Part shown: piece by piece, positions 17,586 to 28,616 of the stretch | Numbering within the stretch: the stretch's first letter is position 1 | Layout: each line of letters begins with the position of its first letter | Origin: Lachnospiraceae bacterium | GTDB lineage: Bacteria > Bacillota > Clostridia > Lachnospirales > Lachnospiraceae | Direction of reading: 5' to 3' | Assembly: GCA_017456585.1 (NCBI GenBank) | Contig: JAFTJD010000065.1 | Span: 626 to 64,625, forward strand | DNA: 64,000 nt | Notes under the pieces: generated by a model | What the model was told of the DNA's origin: nothing | The model's database searches: none | Seen by the model: only the letters and a program-made list of their open reading frames with translations | Position numbers and translations under genes: made by a program

Positions 17586-19007
17586 CTAGAATCTAAAATA
17601 GAGGAACGGATTATATGTTGCGTCAACAAGATATGATAAAGCTACAATAAACACAACCACATAGAACACCAGTTGAAGTGTTGTTGCTATCCATTGCTTA
17701 TTCTTCAAAGCAGACATAATTGAAAGTGCACACTTCTTAGGTAATTCCGTACTTCCGAGAATCATTATAACAATCCAAACTATATTGGTTAATAACAGAT
17801 AGAAGAATTCCTGATTTACGAATTCAACTCCTCCCAAACCAATCATCGTCTTAATGTAGGAAAGACCATCCTTAAGTGAGTCAAATGCAAATATTACCCA
17901 ACCAAAGGCTACCACAAGTAATGTATATACATGCTGAACCCATGCCGGAAGTTTCTTAAGCACTTTACCGAAAAATACTTTTTCCATAATGATAAATGCG
18001 CCATAATATACTCCCCAAAGCACAAAGTTCCAACTGGCGCCGTGCCATATACCTGTTGCGAGCCATACAATAGCCAAGTTACGAATCTGCTTCGCAAGGG
18101 TACAACGATTACCTCCGAGCGGAATATATAAGTATTCCCTAAACCATGTTCCAAGTGAGATATGCCATCTTCTCCAGAACTCTGAAACGCTCTTTGATAC
18201 ATACGGATAATTAAAGTTCTCCGGAAAATTAAAGCCAAACATACTTCCAAGACCAATAGCCATATCTGAATAACCTGAGAAATCAAAATATATCTGGAAT
18301 GCAAATGCTAATACTCCAAGCCATGAAGCTGCAACTGACATTTCAGTGCCACCCATAACCTTTATGCTATCCCAAAGCATACCTATGTTATTGGCAAGAA
18401 GTATCTTCTTACCAAGGCCAATCATAAAACGGTTAATACCGCGTGAGAAACCTGATACTGTTTCTTTTCTAACATCAAGTTCTTCCGCTATCGTCTGGAA
18501 ACGTACAATAGGTCCTGCAATAAGCTGCGGGAATAACGCTACGTATGCACCAAATGATATGATGTTACGCTGCACCTTGGCCTCTCTACGATACACATCA
18601 ACCGTATATGACATAGTCTGAAATGTATAAAATGATATACCGATAGGAAGCGCAAGATTAAGTAGCGGAATACTTGTTCCAAACACGCTGTTAATTGAAC
18701 CAATAAGGAAATCCGAATACTTAAAGAATCCAAGCAATGCGAGGTTTATTATCATTGACGAGGCAACTATAAGCTTTGCCTTACCATCTTCACCCTTATT
18801 TCTAAATTTATCAACCAACATACCATGCGTATAATCAACTACTGTAGAAAATAACATAAGCACCACGTATACTGGTTCTCCCCATGCATAAAACACAAGA
18901 CTGGACAGAAAAAGCACTGCATTCTTAAGCTTACGCGGTGCAATAAAATATAGAATCAATACTATAGGTAAAAATCTAAACAAAAAAAGCAAACTACTAA
19001 ATACCAT
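17586..19007 (-). CDS. MBOAT-family membrane O-acyltransferase (AlgI/DltB/PatA-like)
   Basis: 473 aa, polytopic, with FWRRWHISL and the conserved His region GIWHGASWNF. Confidence 0.9.
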   Translation of the reverse strand: MVFSSLLFLFRFLPIVLILYFIAPRKLKNAVLFLSSLVFYAWGEPVYVVLMLFSTVVDYTHGMLVDKFRNKGEDGKAKLIVASSMIINLALLGFFKYSDFLIGSINSVFGTSIPLLNLALPIGISFYTFQTMSYTVDVYRREAKVQRNIISFGAYVALFPQLIAGPIVRFQTIAEELDVRKETVSGFSRGINRFMIGLGKKILLANNIGMLWDSIKVMGGTEMSVAASWLGVLAFAFQIYFDFSGYSDMAIGLGSMFGFNFPENFNYPYVSKSVSEFWRRWHISLGTWFREYLYIPLGGNRCTLAKQIRNLAIVWLATGIWHGASWNFVLWGVYYGAFIIMEKVFFGKVLKKLPAWVQHVYTLLVVAFGWVIFAFDSLKDGLSYIKTMIGLGGVEFVNQEFFYLLLTNIVWIVIMILGSTELPKKCALSIMSALKNKQWIATTLQLVFYVVVFIVALSYLVDATYNPFLYFRF

Positions 19008-19030
19008 TCCGTAATGTCCCCCTTATTAAT

Positions 19031-19621
19031 TTAATCTACGGGCAATACAATACTGTAGCCTTCCACTGAAGCGCATACCGTAAATGTATATTCACCATCC
19101 ATAAGCACTCCATCGGGATACATTGTGTTATATTCATCACTTTCAAGAGTCAATATAACCCGCGTTCCGATTGCATCCTCTTCATTAGAACTTCTCAACA
19201 AAACACAATCTATTTTAACTATATCCTCTTCAGATATAATATCTTTCACATTTACGACTACCTCAAATTCATACGCAAGCTCTCTAAGAGACATAATGCC
19301 TGTCTCACTTGAACCGGTAGCATCTATAGCCTTATTATCTATAACCTTATTATCTATTCCAAAATCTACATTTGTATGTAGAACTGTTGTCAATGTAACT
19401 AACAACACCATAGCAACAGCCGCTCCTGCCAACACAAAACCTCTGTTACCATTCTTCCTCAAGGCATCTGTTATATTCGAAACTATTTTTGTTAATCCTC
19501 TTTCCTTTGTCAAACCATCAGTTGATGCACTTGCACCGGCAGCAACAAATGAATTCATCATTTCTGTCTGTCTTGCAGCTTTTTCATATATTCCTGCAAT
19601 AAATTCTCTATCACTTTTCAT
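19031..19621 (-). CDS. single-pass membrane protein, putative anti-sigma factor
   Basis: ATGA start/stop overlap with the sigma gene. Cytoplasmic N-terminus, one TM helix (FVLAGAAVAMVLLVTLTTVL), and a ~115-aa extracytoplasmic domain. No recognisable ZAS motif. Confidence 0.45.
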   Translation of the reverse strand: MKSDREFIAGIYEKAARQTEMMNSFVAAGASASTDGLTKERGLTKIVSNITDALRKNGNRGFVLAGAAVAMVLLVTLTTVLHTNVDFGIDNKVIDNKAIDATGSSETGIMSLRELAYEFEVVVNVKDIISEEDIVKIDCVLLRSSNEEDAIGTRVILTLESDEYNTMYPDGVLMDGEYTFTVCASVEGYSIVLPVD

Positions 19622-20157
19622 ATAGAAAATCCCTCTCTTTTTAAGATTTTCTCCAACTTTTTACGAGTGCGATGGAGCTTCACTTTAACTTGTGCAAGCG
19701 AAAGCTTCATTACACCTGCCACATCCTTATAACTTAATTCTTCAAACTCAACAAGATATATAAGCTCCTGCTCTTCAGGCAAAAGTTCTTTAATGGCCTT
19801 ATTAAGAATGCCCTTACTCTCTTCTGCCAACACATGCTTTTCTATCAGGAAATCATCCTCAGTCTCTACATGCTCATCCACAAGAACCATTCTGCTATTT
19901 TTTCTAATAAAATCTACTGCCTTATTGTGGGCTATAGTATAAAGATATGTCTTGAATCCTTTACCCACCTTATATTGTTCCTTATTAAGTAATATTGTTA
20001 CAAAAGCGTCTTGGGCCAAATCCTCTGCGTCTGCAAAATTAAGCCCAAGACGCCTTAAATAGTAAATCAAATGATTCTTATGCCTTAATACAAGCTCCTC
20101 AAAGCCCGTATTATCGCCACTCAAAAACAATCTATATAATTCGTCATCCTGGTTCAT
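19618..20157 (-). CDS. ECF-type RNA polymerase sigma-70 family factor
   Basis: Region 2 (DAEDLAQDAFV..., YLYTIAHNKAVDFIR) and region 4 (LSYKDVAGVMKLSLAQVKVKLHRTRKKL). Start at ATG 20157 after GAAGGTGA. Confidence 0.85.
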   Translation of the reverse strand: MNQDDELYRLFLSGDNTGFEELVLRHKNHLIYYLRRLGLNFADAEDLAQDAFVTILLNKEQYKVGKGFKTYLYTIAHNKAVDFIRKNSRMVLVDEHVETEDDFLIEKHVLAEESKGILNKAIKELLPEEQELIYLVEFEELSYKDVAGVMKLSLAQVKVKLHRTRKKLEKILKREGFSI

Positions 20158-20239
20158 GTTGTTCACCTTCTGTCCACTAGCACTACACAGAAAGTATACC
20201 ACAAACCACTATAATATTAAACTATATTTACATTAATAA

Positions 20240-20839
20240 TTAGTTAAAAAATGCGTTGATTGCATCTACACCAACCTTAACCTGTGCCTTAGCCTCAGCA
20301 AGCATAGCTTCCTCACCTAATGCTTCTGTTTCCATTGAAATTCCACCGCCTAATAATACGAAGAACATATAATCTCCGTGACGAATAACTTCACTTGCCT
20401 GAACTCTTACCTTGTTAGCCGGGTACTGGAAAGACTCATTAATAAGATAATCCTTGTAAGCATTAAGTGCTTTCTCAAGATCATCTGCCTTACCCTCTGC
20501 CGCCTTAAAAGCCATAAACTCATCTGCATTTGCACTAATCATAGGCATCTCAGCGATAAACTCTGAATATAAATCTGCCGGAATTGTCTTTAAGTTAGCA
20601 AGCAACTCAGCATCAAGCGGCATGTTAGGAAAATACATCTCACCATAAGCAGCCTTCACTGCCTCATGTACTTCAGTAAGACTTACATCCTTCTTTGGTG
20701 CTTCTGTTGTAGGAGCCTCTGTTGTAGCTGCTGTGGTTGTTGTAGTTGTTCCGTTGTCATCTTTCTTATTACAAGCAGCCACACCAACAAGTCCAATAAC
20801 GCATACTGTTGCTAAAACCAAACCAAAATATTTCTTCAT
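20240..20839 (-). CDS. lipoprotein, function unknown
   Basis: Signal peptide plus lipobox (LVGVAAC) and a Thr-rich linker. First gene of the sigma operon. Confidence 0.7.
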   Translation of the reverse strand: MKKYFGLVLATVCVIGLVGVAACNKKDDNGTTTTTTAATTEAPTTEAPKKDVSLTEVHEAVKAAYGEMYFPNMPLDAELLANLKTIPADLYSEFIAEMPMISANADEFMAFKAAEGKADDLEKALNAYKDYLINESFQYPANKVRVQASEVIRHGDYMFFVLLGGGISMETEALGEEAMLAEAKAQVKVGVDAINAFFN

Positions 20840-20920
20840 AATTTAATCGTCCTTTCTTATATATCTTGATGTTATATACCAAGCATTTTTTATCTTCTAC
20901 ATTACTTATTCGTATGAGTT

Positions 20921-20973
20921 CAAAAAAAGTTACACATATTTTTTATTTTTTTCAAAAATTATAAAATATATGT
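20921..20973 (-). terminator. AT-rich hairpin downstream of ridA
   Basis: 13-nt arms acatattttttat / ataaaatatatgt (1 mismatch), followed on the minus strand by a U7 run. Confidence 0.35.
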
Positions 20974-20983
20974 ATAAAAGTGC

Positions 20984-21364
20984 TTAATTAACAGCAGCAA
21001 TTACTTCTACCTCAACCAATACATTCTTCGGAAGTGCTTTAGCTGCGACACAGCTTCTTGCAGGCTTAGATGTGAAATACTTACCATAAACTTCATTAAA
21101 TGCTGCAAAATCTGCAATATCAGCAAGAAAACAAGTTGTCTTTACTGCACTATCAAAAGATGCACCTGCTGCTTTAAGGACCTCTCCAAGATTCTTCATA
21201 ACCTGCTCTGTCTGTCCTACAATATCTGTTGCCTCAACATTACCTGTTGCAGGAACGATAGCAATCTGTCCCGAAGTATATACCATTCCTCCACATACAA
21301 CTGCCTGTGAATATGGACCTATCGCTGCCGGAGCATTATCTGTGTGAATTTTGTTAATTGACAT
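20984..21364 (-). CDS. ridA: RidA-family reactive enamine/imine deaminase
   Basis: 126 aa, YjgF/RidA signature (GPYSQA ... PARSCV ... VEVEVIA). Confidence 0.9.
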   Translation of the reverse strand: MSINKIHTDNAPAAIGPYSQAVVCGGMVYTSGQIAIVPATGNVEATDIVGQTEQVMKNLGEVLKAAGASFDSAVKTTCFLADIADFAAFNEVYGKYFTSKPARSCVAAKALPKNVLVEVEVIAAVN

Positions 21365-21375
21365 ATTTCTTCCTC

Positions 21376-22572
21376 CTAGTTTGCGATTTTAAAACCATTA
21401 TCTGTAAGAGCTTTCTTAATCTGCTCTACATGTTCAAAATTCCTTGTTTCCATCATAATTCTTAAGTAGCAACCTGTTACCGCTGAACCTTCATTAGTTC
21501 TTTCATGATGAACCGATATTACATTGCCGCCCATATCAGCAATAATCTTAGATACATCTCTAAGCTGTCCCGGCTTATCAAGAAGCTCTATCATAAGAGA
21601 AACCGTACGCCCTGACATAAGAAGACCTCTCTTGATAACTCTTGAAAGAATTGTAACGTCTATATTACCACCGGAACATAAGCAGACAACCTTCTTCCCT
21701 TTAATCGGAACTTTATTAAACATAGCAGCTGCTACAGCTACTGCACCGGCACCTTCCGTAACTAACTTCTGCTGTTCCATAAGAGCCAAAATTGCTGCTG
21801 AAATCTCATCATCTGTTACAGTAACAATCTCATCAACATATTCTGAGCAGTATTTAAATGTATTGGCACCTGGTTCCTTTACTGCGATTCCGTCTGCAAT
21901 TGTAGATACTGAATCAAGTCTTTCTATCTTTTGATCACGAACTGAATTGAACATACTCGGTGCACCGCTTGCCTGAACACCATATACCTTAACATTCGGA
22001 TTAAGAGCTTTTACTGCAAAAGCTACACCTGATATAAGTCCGCCGCCACCAATCGGTACAATCACAGCATCCATATCCGGAAGCTGTTCTATAAGTTCAA
22101 GTCCGATAGTACCCTGACCTGCTATTACATTTTCATCATCAAAAGGATGTACAAAAGTATAGCCTTCCTCATCTCTAAGCTGTAATGCTTTAGCATAAGC
22201 ATCATCATATACACCATTTACAAGGCAAATATCTGCGCCATAGCTCTTGGTTGCCTCTATCTTCGAAATAGGAGCTGCATCCGGAAGACAGATAAGTGAT
22301 TTGATTCCGTTCTTAGTTGCTGCAAGTGCAACACCCTGAGCGTGGTTACCCGCTGAACAAGCCACTACACCTTTTGCCTTTTCTTCTTCTGTCAACTGTG
22401 AAATCTTATAATAAGCTCCTCTTACCTTGAAGGAACCTGTAATCTGAAGATTCTCTGTTTTAAGATAAACACTTGCTTCAGGATTAATCTTAGGAGCATG
22501 AATAATATCTGTCTCTCTTATAACCTGTTTAAGTACATACCTTGCATGGTAAACCTTATCTAATGTAAGCAT
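21376..22572 (-). CDS. ilvA: threonine ammonia-lyase (threonine dehydratase) with C-terminal ACT-like domain
   Basis: 398 aa with the PLP lysine motif (TGSFKVRGA), GGGGLISG, and a C-terminal regulatory domain. Confidence 0.9.
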   Translation of the reverse strand: MLTLDKVYHARYVLKQVIRETDIIHAPKINPEASVYLKTENLQITGSFKVRGAYYKISQLTEEEKAKGVVACSAGNHAQGVALAATKNGIKSLICLPDAAPISKIEATKSYGADICLVNGVYDDAYAKALQLRDEEGYTFVHPFDDENVIAGQGTIGLELIEQLPDMDAVIVPIGGGGLISGVAFAVKALNPNVKVYGVQASGAPSMFNSVRDQKIERLDSVSTIADGIAVKEPGANTFKYCSEYVDEIVTVTDDEISAAILALMEQQKLVTEGAGAVAVAAAMFNKVPIKGKKVVCLCSGGNIDVTILSRVIKRGLLMSGRTVSLMIELLDKPGQLRDVSKIIADMGGNVISVHHERTNEGSAVTGCYLRIMMETRNFEHVEQIKKALTDNGFKIAN

Positions 22573-22732
22573 TTTTCCACCTCTTTCTATTTTTACTTTA
22601 TTCTTTAATTATGAAAGTCGTCTGCTACAACTCCGTTCTCCCGCATCCGCCTCCATTCGCATTCTGCGCTATCGAGTTCATGCTCGTTCAGGCTTAGTTT
22701 GCAAATATCTCGACAATTTTGCCAACAAGCTA

Positions 22733-23932
22733 TCAAATTGTCGAGCTGCTTGCCAACACTTTCATAACATATTGTTTCGCTGTTCTTGCGGAGCGACCGC
22801 TTCCCGCAAGTGCAAAAGCTTCCGCTTCAACTGCAAGCTTTTGCTCATCCATTTCTATATTATACTGGTTTAGAATACCTTTTACAATCTCTATGTATTC
22901 TTTTTTACCCGGTTTAGAAAAAGTAACCGTTAGTCCGAATCTGGCCGAAAGCGATATAAGCTGTTGTATCGTATCGTTTCGATGAATATCGTCCCCTTCT
23001 CTGTCTGAGAAGCTTTCTCTAACCAGATGTCGACGATTACTTGTAGCATATATAACTATATTATCTGCTCTCGCCGAAACGGAACCTTCAAGCGTAGCTT
23101 TGAGCGCTCCGAAACAGTCATCATCTGATGAAAAAGATAAATCATCTATAAACAATATAAACTTAAGTGGATTACGGCTTATGCTGTCAATAATTAGAGG
23201 AATATCTCTAAGTTGCTCTTTAGTTATCTCGATAAGTCTAAGACCTTGATTAGCAAATTCGTTAACTACAGCCTTAACTGTCGAAGACTTACCCGTTCCC
23301 GCATCACCACAAAGAAGTACATTCTGAGCAGGTTTACCCGAAAGCAACGCAAGCGTATTATCAATAACCTCCTGACGCTCTCTCTGATACCCAATAAGGT
23401 CTGAGAGTCTTGTCTCATCAGGATATTTTACAGGTACAACCTTACTATCCTTAATGATAAACATAGAATACTTAGCATAAAGACCATAACCAAAATTGCC
23501 TATTCCAATAATTCGCTTGCGATATTCAGCCTTAAAATCAATTTCTTCGGTTCTCCATTCCGGAAGAAATCCATTGTAATCAATAGTCGCCGCAACTTCC
23601 GAAGATGTGAGTCTTGAGATGCTCTCAAGCACCTCAAGTTCTCTCATCGCACACTCTTCAATAAGTTCATCAACCACCTTGCCCTCAGCATGGCGTATAA
23701 TATATGAATTCTCATCCTGAAGTACAAGTTCAAGCAAATACTTACTAAGATTCTCTGACTTCTTATAAAGCTCATACACAAACTTTGAATAAAGTCTTAT
23801 CTGTACAAGTGAATCATCTTCCTCTGCTGCAAGTAATTCTGAAAGTGCACTTATAACTTTTTCTTTTAAAATTCCTCTGAAAATAACCAGAGAATTGAGC
23901 CCCAGATCAAGCTCTTTTAAACGGGTATTCAT
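22733..23932 (-). CDS. DUF815-type AAA+ ATPase
   Basis: 399 aa with Walker A (LLCGDAGTGKSS) and Walker B (FILFIDDL). Starts 1 nt after the leuB stop. Confidence 0.8.
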   Translation of the reverse strand: MNTRLKELDLGLNSLVIFRGILKEKVISALSELLAAEEDDSLVQIRLYSKFVYELYKKSENLSKYLLELVLQDENSYIIRHAEGKVVDELIEECAMRELEVLESISRLTSSEVAATIDYNGFLPEWRTEEIDFKAEYRKRIIGIGNFGYGLYAKYSMFIIKDSKVVPVKYPDETRLSDLIGYQRERQEVIDNTLALLSGKPAQNVLLCGDAGTGKSSTVKAVVNEFANQGLRLIEITKEQLRDIPLIIDSISRNPLKFILFIDDLSFSSDDDCFGALKATLEGSVSARADNIVIYATSNRRHLVRESFSDREGDDIHRNDTIQQLISLSARFGLTVTFSKPGKKEYIEIVKGILNQYNIEMDEQKLAVEAEAFALAGSGRSARTAKQYVMKVLASSSTI

Positions 23933-23933
23933 T

Positions 23934-25007
23934 CTAAAGCTCCTCTAAAATCTTCTCTGTAATCTCTGTACATGTAAGAGGTGTCTCATTGCTTCCGCCA
24001 AGTAAGTCAGCTGTTCTGTAGCCTTTCTCAAGTACTCTGTCTACCGCATCCTCAATACACTTAGCTTCTTCGCTAAGATCAAATGAATAGCGAAGCATCA
24101 TGGCTGCTGAAAGAATAGTGGCAATCGGGTTAGCCTTGTTCTGACCTGCAATATCAGGTGCTGAACCATGAATCGGCTCATATAAGCCTCTCTTTGTATT
24201 ACCAAGTGATGAAGATGCTAACATACCAATTGAACCTGTAATCTGAGAAGCCTCATCTGAAAGAATATCACCAAACATATTAGATGTAACGATCACATCA
24301 AACTGTCTCGGATTCTTAACAAGCTGCATAGCTGCGTTGTCAACAAGCATGTCTGAATATTCTACCTCAGGATATTCCTTAGACATCTCATGCATAATCT
24401 CTCTCCAAAGACGTGAAGTCTCAAGTACATTAGCCTTGTCAATGCTTACAAGCTTCTTGTCTCTCTTCATAGCTGTCTCGAAAGCTACTCTACCGATACG
24501 CTCAATTTCCATTCTACTGTAAGCCTCTGTATCATATGCCTCAGGGCCGTACTTACCATCGCGTCTTCCTCTCTCGCCAAAGTAAATACCTCCTGTAAGC
24601 TCACGAACTATCATAAGATCAAAGCCCTTCTCCACGATATCTGCTCTAAGCGGAGAAGCTCCCTTAAGTGCAGGATAAAGCTTAGCCGGTCTTAAATTAG
24701 TAAAAAGTTCAAGTGCTGCACGTATACCAAGCAACGCCTTCTCAGGTCTTAAATTACCCGGCAGAGTATCCCACTTTGGTCCACCTACTGCACCAAGTAA
24801 AACACTATCACTTGCAAGACAGCCTTTAACTGTCTCCTCAGGAAGCGGTGCACCTGTAGCATCAATAGCACACCCACCGATAAGGTATGGGGTAAAATTA
24901 AATGTATGATTATATTTTGCTCCTATTTTCTCAAGAACCTTAACGGCACTGTCAACTATCTCAGGGCCAATACCATCACCCTTTAATAACGCAATATTAT
25001 AATTCAT
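23934..25007 (-). CDS. leuB: 3-isopropylmalate dehydrogenase
   Basis: 357 aa with [22 protein letters not shown]-like NMFGDILSD, and GSAPDIAG. Confidence 0.95.
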   Translation of the reverse strand: MNYNIALLKGDGIGPEIVDSAVKVLEKIGAKYNHTFNFTPYLIGGCAIDATGAPLPEETVKGCLASDSVLLGAVGGPKWDTLPGNLRPEKALLGIRAALELFTNLRPAKLYPALKGASPLRADIVEKGFDLMIVRELTGGIYFGERGRRDGKYGPEAYDTEAYSRMEIERIGRVAFETAMKRDKKLVSIDKANVLETSRLWREIMHEMSKEYPEVEYSDMLVDNAAMQLVKNPRQFDVIVTSNMFGDILSDEASQITGSIGMLASSSLGNTKRGLYEPIHGSAPDIAGQNKANPIATILSAAMMLRYSFDLSEEAKCIEDAVDRVLEKGYRTADLLGGSNETPLTCTEITEKILEEL

Positions 25008-25018
25008 GACATGTCCTC

Positions 25019-25513
25019 CTATTTAATAATTCCATCAGCGATAGACTGGATAAGTCCGCCATTCTCAATAATTTTCTGTACAAACTCTGGGAATGGAGCT
25101 GTCTTATACTCTTTACCTGTTGTCTTGTTATAGATAATACCATTATCCATATCTGCTTCTACAACATCACCTTCCTTGATATCCTCAGCAGCCTCAGGAC
25201 ACTCAACGATTCCAAGTCCGATATTGATAGAGTTTCTATAGAAAATACGTGCAAAACTCTTCGCAATTACAATTGAAATTCCGCTTTCCTTGATAGCAAT
25301 CGGTGCATGCTCTCTTGATGAACCACAGCCAAAGTTCTGGCCTGCTACCATGATATCGCCTGCCTTAACACGTTTTACGAAAGTTGTGTCAAGGTCTTCC
25401 ATACAATGTGATGCCAATTCCTTTTTGTCACTTGTATTCAAGTATCTTGCAGGAATTATAACATCTGTATCAACATTGTCGCCATATTTAATAACCGTTC
25501 CATTATATTTCAT
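25019..25513 (-). CDS. leuD: 3-isopropylmalate dehydratase small subunit
   Basis: [15 protein letters not shown] and [10 protein letters not shown]. Start at ATG 25513 (MKYNG) after GAGAAAGGA. Confidence 0.95.
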   Translation of the reverse strand: MKYNGTVIKYGDNVDTDVIIPARYLNTSDKKELASHCMEDLDTTFVKRVKAGDIMVAGQNFGCGSSREHAPIAIKESGISIVIAKSFARIFYRNSINIGLGIVECPEAAEDIKEGDVVEADMDNGIIYNKTTGKEYKTAPFPEFVQKIIENGGLIQSIADGIIK

Positions 25514-25533
25514 ATTATTATATTCCTTTCTCA

Positions 25534-26796
25534 CTAGACTACCTTCAACGGATCTGTAATATATCCTGTAATAGCACTTGCTGCTGCTACTTCAGGACTT
25601 GCAAGATAAACCTCTGACTCCGGATGTCCCATACGACCTACAAAGTTTCTGTTAGTAGTAGCAACTGCTCTCTCACCCTTTGCAAGAATACCCATATGAC
25701 CACCAAGACATGGTCCACATGTAGGTGTTGAAACGATTGCTCCACTTTCAATAAATGTTTTAACAAGTCCCATCTCAATTGCTTCAAGATATATCTTCTG
25801 TGTTGCCGGAATAATAATTGTTCTTACATTCTTTGCAACCTTTTTACCCTTAAGAATCTCAGCTGCTGCAATTAAGTCCTCAAGTCTTCCGTTAGTACAT
25901 GAGCCAATAACTACCTGATCAATCTTAACTTCACCTATCTCATCAAATGTCTTTGCATTCTCAGGGAGATGCGGGAATGCAACTGTTGACTTGATTGTAG
26001 ATAAATCAAGCTCAATAACCTGCTCATATACTGCATCCTCATCTGCCTTAAATATAGCAGGTGTCTTAGTGCTGTGCTCTCGGATATAATCAAGTGCTAT
26101 ATCATCAACCTCAAAGATACCATTCTTAGCACCTGCTTCAATAGCCATGTTCGCAATACAAAGTCTGTCGCTCATAGAAAGTGACTTAAGACCTTCTCCC
26201 GTAAATTCCATTGACTTGTAAAGTGCACCATCTACACCAATCTTACCAATAATATGTAAGATAACGTCCTTACCTGACACATATTTGTTAAGCTTACCTT
26301 TAAGTACAAACTTAATAGCTGTAGGCACCTTAAACCATGCCTTACCGATAGCCATACCACATGCCATATCTGTTGAACCTACACCTGTTGAAAATGCACC
26401 AAGTGCGCCATATGTACATGTGTGTGAATCAGCACCGATTACAACATCTCCTGCCACTACAAGACCTTTCTCCGGAAGAAGCGCATGCTCGATACCCATT
26501 GTTCCTACATCAAAGAAATTAGTAACCTCTTTCTCATTACAGAAGTCACGGCACATCTTGCACTGCTCAGCAGCCTTGATATCCTTATTCGGAGCAAAAT
26601 GATCCATAACCATTGTTACCTTATCTTTGTCAAACACACCTTCTTTATTAAGTCTGTTAAACTCCTTAATAGCCACAGGTGATGTTATATCATTACCAAG
26701 TACTAAATCAAGATTTACCAGAATAAGCTGTCCGCTCTCTACGCTAGGAAGTCCCGCATGAGCCGCCAGAATCTTCTGAGTCATTGTCATTCCCAT
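25534..26796 (-). CDS. leuC: 3-isopropylmalate dehydratase large subunit
   Basis: 420 aa, aconitase-family Cys ligand regions (GADSHTC, GSCTNGR, CGPCLG). Confidence 0.95.
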   Translation of the reverse strand: MGMTMTQKILAAHAGLPSVESGQLILVNLDLVLGNDITSPVAIKEFNRLNKEGVFDKDKVTMVMDHFAPNKDIKAAEQCKMCRDFCNEKEVTNFFDVGTMGIEHALLPEKGLVVAGDVVIGADSHTCTYGALGAFSTGVGSTDMACGMAIGKAWFKVPTAIKFVLKGKLNKYVSGKDVILHIIGKIGVDGALYKSMEFTGEGLKSLSMSDRLCIANMAIEAGAKNGIFEVDDIALDYIREHSTKTPAIFKADEDAVYEQVIELDLSTIKSTVAFPHLPENAKTFDEIGEVKIDQVVIGSCTNGRLEDLIAAAEILKGKKVAKNVRTIIIPATQKIYLEAIEMGLVKTFIESGAIVSTPTCGPCLGGHMGILAKGERAVATTNRNFVGRMGHPESEVYLASPEVAAASAITGYITDPLKVV

Positions 26797-26820
26797 TATA
26801 TATACCTACTTTCTACTTTA

Positions 26821-28479
26821 TTATATGTTTATAATCGCACCCTTATCGGCTGAAGATACTGTTGCAGCGTAACGTTTAAGGTATCCTGTAATACCTGTCT
26901 TTTTCTGAATCTCCATTGTCTTCTTACGTTCTTCAAGTTCCTCATCAGATACTTCAAGAGTAATCTTATATTCCGGAATATTGATAGAAATCATGTCTCC
27001 ATCTTTTACATAAGCTATATTACCGCCTCTTGCTGCCTCCGGTGATACATGACCGATAGAAGCACCTCTTGTAGCACCACTGAAACGTCCGTCAGTAATA
27101 AGTGCAACCTCTTTATCAAGTCCCATACATGCGATTGCAGATGTAGGTGAAAGCATCTCTCTCATACCCGGGCCACCTGCTGGTCCTTCGTAACGTATAA
27201 CAACTACGTCTCCGGCCTTAATTCCACCTGCGTAGATAACCTCAATTACCTCTTCCTCGCTGTTAAATACTCTTGCCGGTCCTCTGTGAACAAGCATCTC
27301 AGGAGCAACCGCGCTTCTCTTAACTACACAACCATCGGGAGCAAGGTTACCCTTAAGTACAGCAATTCCACCTGTAGCACTAAACGGATTATCAATAGGA
27401 CGGATAATCTCCGGATTCTTGTTTTCACAGCCCTTGATATTCTCGCCCATTGTCTTACCTGTACATGTCATAACATCAAGGTTTAATACACCCTTCTTAC
27501 TTAACTCATTGAGCACTGCATATACTCCGCCTGCCTCATTGAGATCTTCCATATATGTATTGCCTGCCGGAGCAAGATGACAAAGATTAGGTGTTCTTGC
27601 GCTAATTTCATTAGCGATATCAAGATTAATATTAACACCACACTCATTAGCAATTGCCGGAAGATGTAACATACTGTTAGTTGAGCATCCAAGTGCCATA
27701 TCAGCAGTAAGTGCATTCTGGAATGCTTTCTCTGTCATAATGTCAAGCGGTCTAATATTCTTTCTGTAAAGCTCCATTACCTGCATACCTGCATGCTTTG
27801 CAAGCTTAATTCTGTCTGAATATACAGCTGGGATTGTACCATTACCCTGAAGTCCCATACCAAGAACCTCCGTAAGACAGTTCATAGAATTAGCTGTATA
27901 CATTCCTGAACACGAGCCACATGAAGGACAAGCCTTACACTCATATTCCTCTAATTTATTTTCATCAATCTTTCCTGCCGTGTAGGCACCTACTGCCTCA
28001 AACATAGTAGAAAGACTTGTTTTCTTACCATCAATATGGCCTGCAAGCATAGGTCCGCCACTTACGAAAATCGTAGGAACATTAAGTCTTGCTGCTGCCA
28101 TCAAAAGTCCGGGAACATTCTTGTCACAGTTAGGTACCATAACAAGTGCATCAAAGCCATGTGCCAAAGCCATAGCTTCAGTTGAATCGGCGATAAGATC
28201 TCTTGTAACAAGAGAATATTTCATACCCTTATGTCCCATTGCAATACCATCGCACACAGCTATTGCAGGGAAAACTATCGGTGTGCCGCCTGCCATGGCA
28301 ACACCCATCTTAACTGCATCTACTATCTTATCAATATTCATATGGCCAGGAACTATCTCATTATATGAACTTACAATTCCTACCATAGGTCTGTCTAATT
28401 CTTCTTTAGTAAGACCAAGTGCATTGTACAGTGATCTTCTTGGTGCACTACTAAATCCTTTTGTTAAATTCTCGCCCAT
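26821..28479 (-). CDS. ilvD: dihydroxy-acid dehydratase
   Basis: 552 aa with [23 protein letters not shown]. Confidence 0.95.
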   Translation of the reverse strand: MGENLTKGFSSAPRRSLYNALGLTKEELDRPMVGIVSSYNEIVPGHMNIDKIVDAVKMGVAMAGGTPIVFPAIAVCDGIAMGHKGMKYSLVTRDLIADSTEAMALAHGFDALVMVPNCDKNVPGLLMAAARLNVPTIFVSGGPMLAGHIDGKKTSLSTMFEAVGAYTAGKIDENKLEEYECKACPSCGSCSGMYTANSMNCLTEVLGMGLQGNGTIPAVYSDRIKLAKHAGMQVMELYRKNIRPLDIMTEKAFQNALTADMALGCSTNSMLHLPAIANECGVNINLDIANEISARTPNLCHLAPAGNTYMEDLNEAGGVYAVLNELSKKGVLNLDVMTCTGKTMGENIKGCENKNPEIIRPIDNPFSATGGIAVLKGNLAPDGCVVKRSAVAPEMLVHRGPARVFNSEEEVIEVIYAGGIKAGDVVVIRYEGPAGGPGMREMLSPTSAIACMGLDKEVALITDGRFSGATRGASIGHVSPEAARGGNIAYVKDGDMISINIPEYKITLEVSDEELEERKKTMEIQKKTGITGYLKRYAATVSSADKGAIINI

Positions 28480-28521
28480 TGTAATCCCTCACTATTATAT
28501 TAATATACGTTACATATTAGC

Positions 28522-28567
28522 ACAAAAGCCGCTTCCCCGATTACAGTCTGTGCATCAGGAAAGCAGC
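28522..28567 (-). terminator. terminator-like hairpin inside the ilvC-ilvD spacer
   Basis: On the minus strand: GCUGCUUUCC (19-nt loop) GGGGAAGCGGC, a ~10-bp stem with G-U pairs, followed by UUUUGUGC. Confidence 0.4.
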
Positions 28568-28588
28568 TATATTAGGTTCCGAGCCAAG

Positions 28589-28616
28589 CTCGAAAATGCT
28601 ACGCATTTTCTCGATG
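28589..28616. repeat. CGA-stem-GAG hairpin related to the aroF/mgtC leader element
   Basis: Plus strand ctcgaaaatgc-tac-gcattttctcgatg. Same flank architecture as ctcgaagc-aaa-gcttctcgttg, with a different, still complementary stem. Confidence 0.5.

Noticed and set aside
22573-22732. Looked for an Ile/Thr-rich leader peptide or T-box upstream of ilvA
   Set aside because: The short ORFs there (for example MNSIAQNANGGGCGRTEL) have no regulatory-codon enrichment and there is no T-box motif. Only a vague resemblance to the repeat family, which I could not substantiate.
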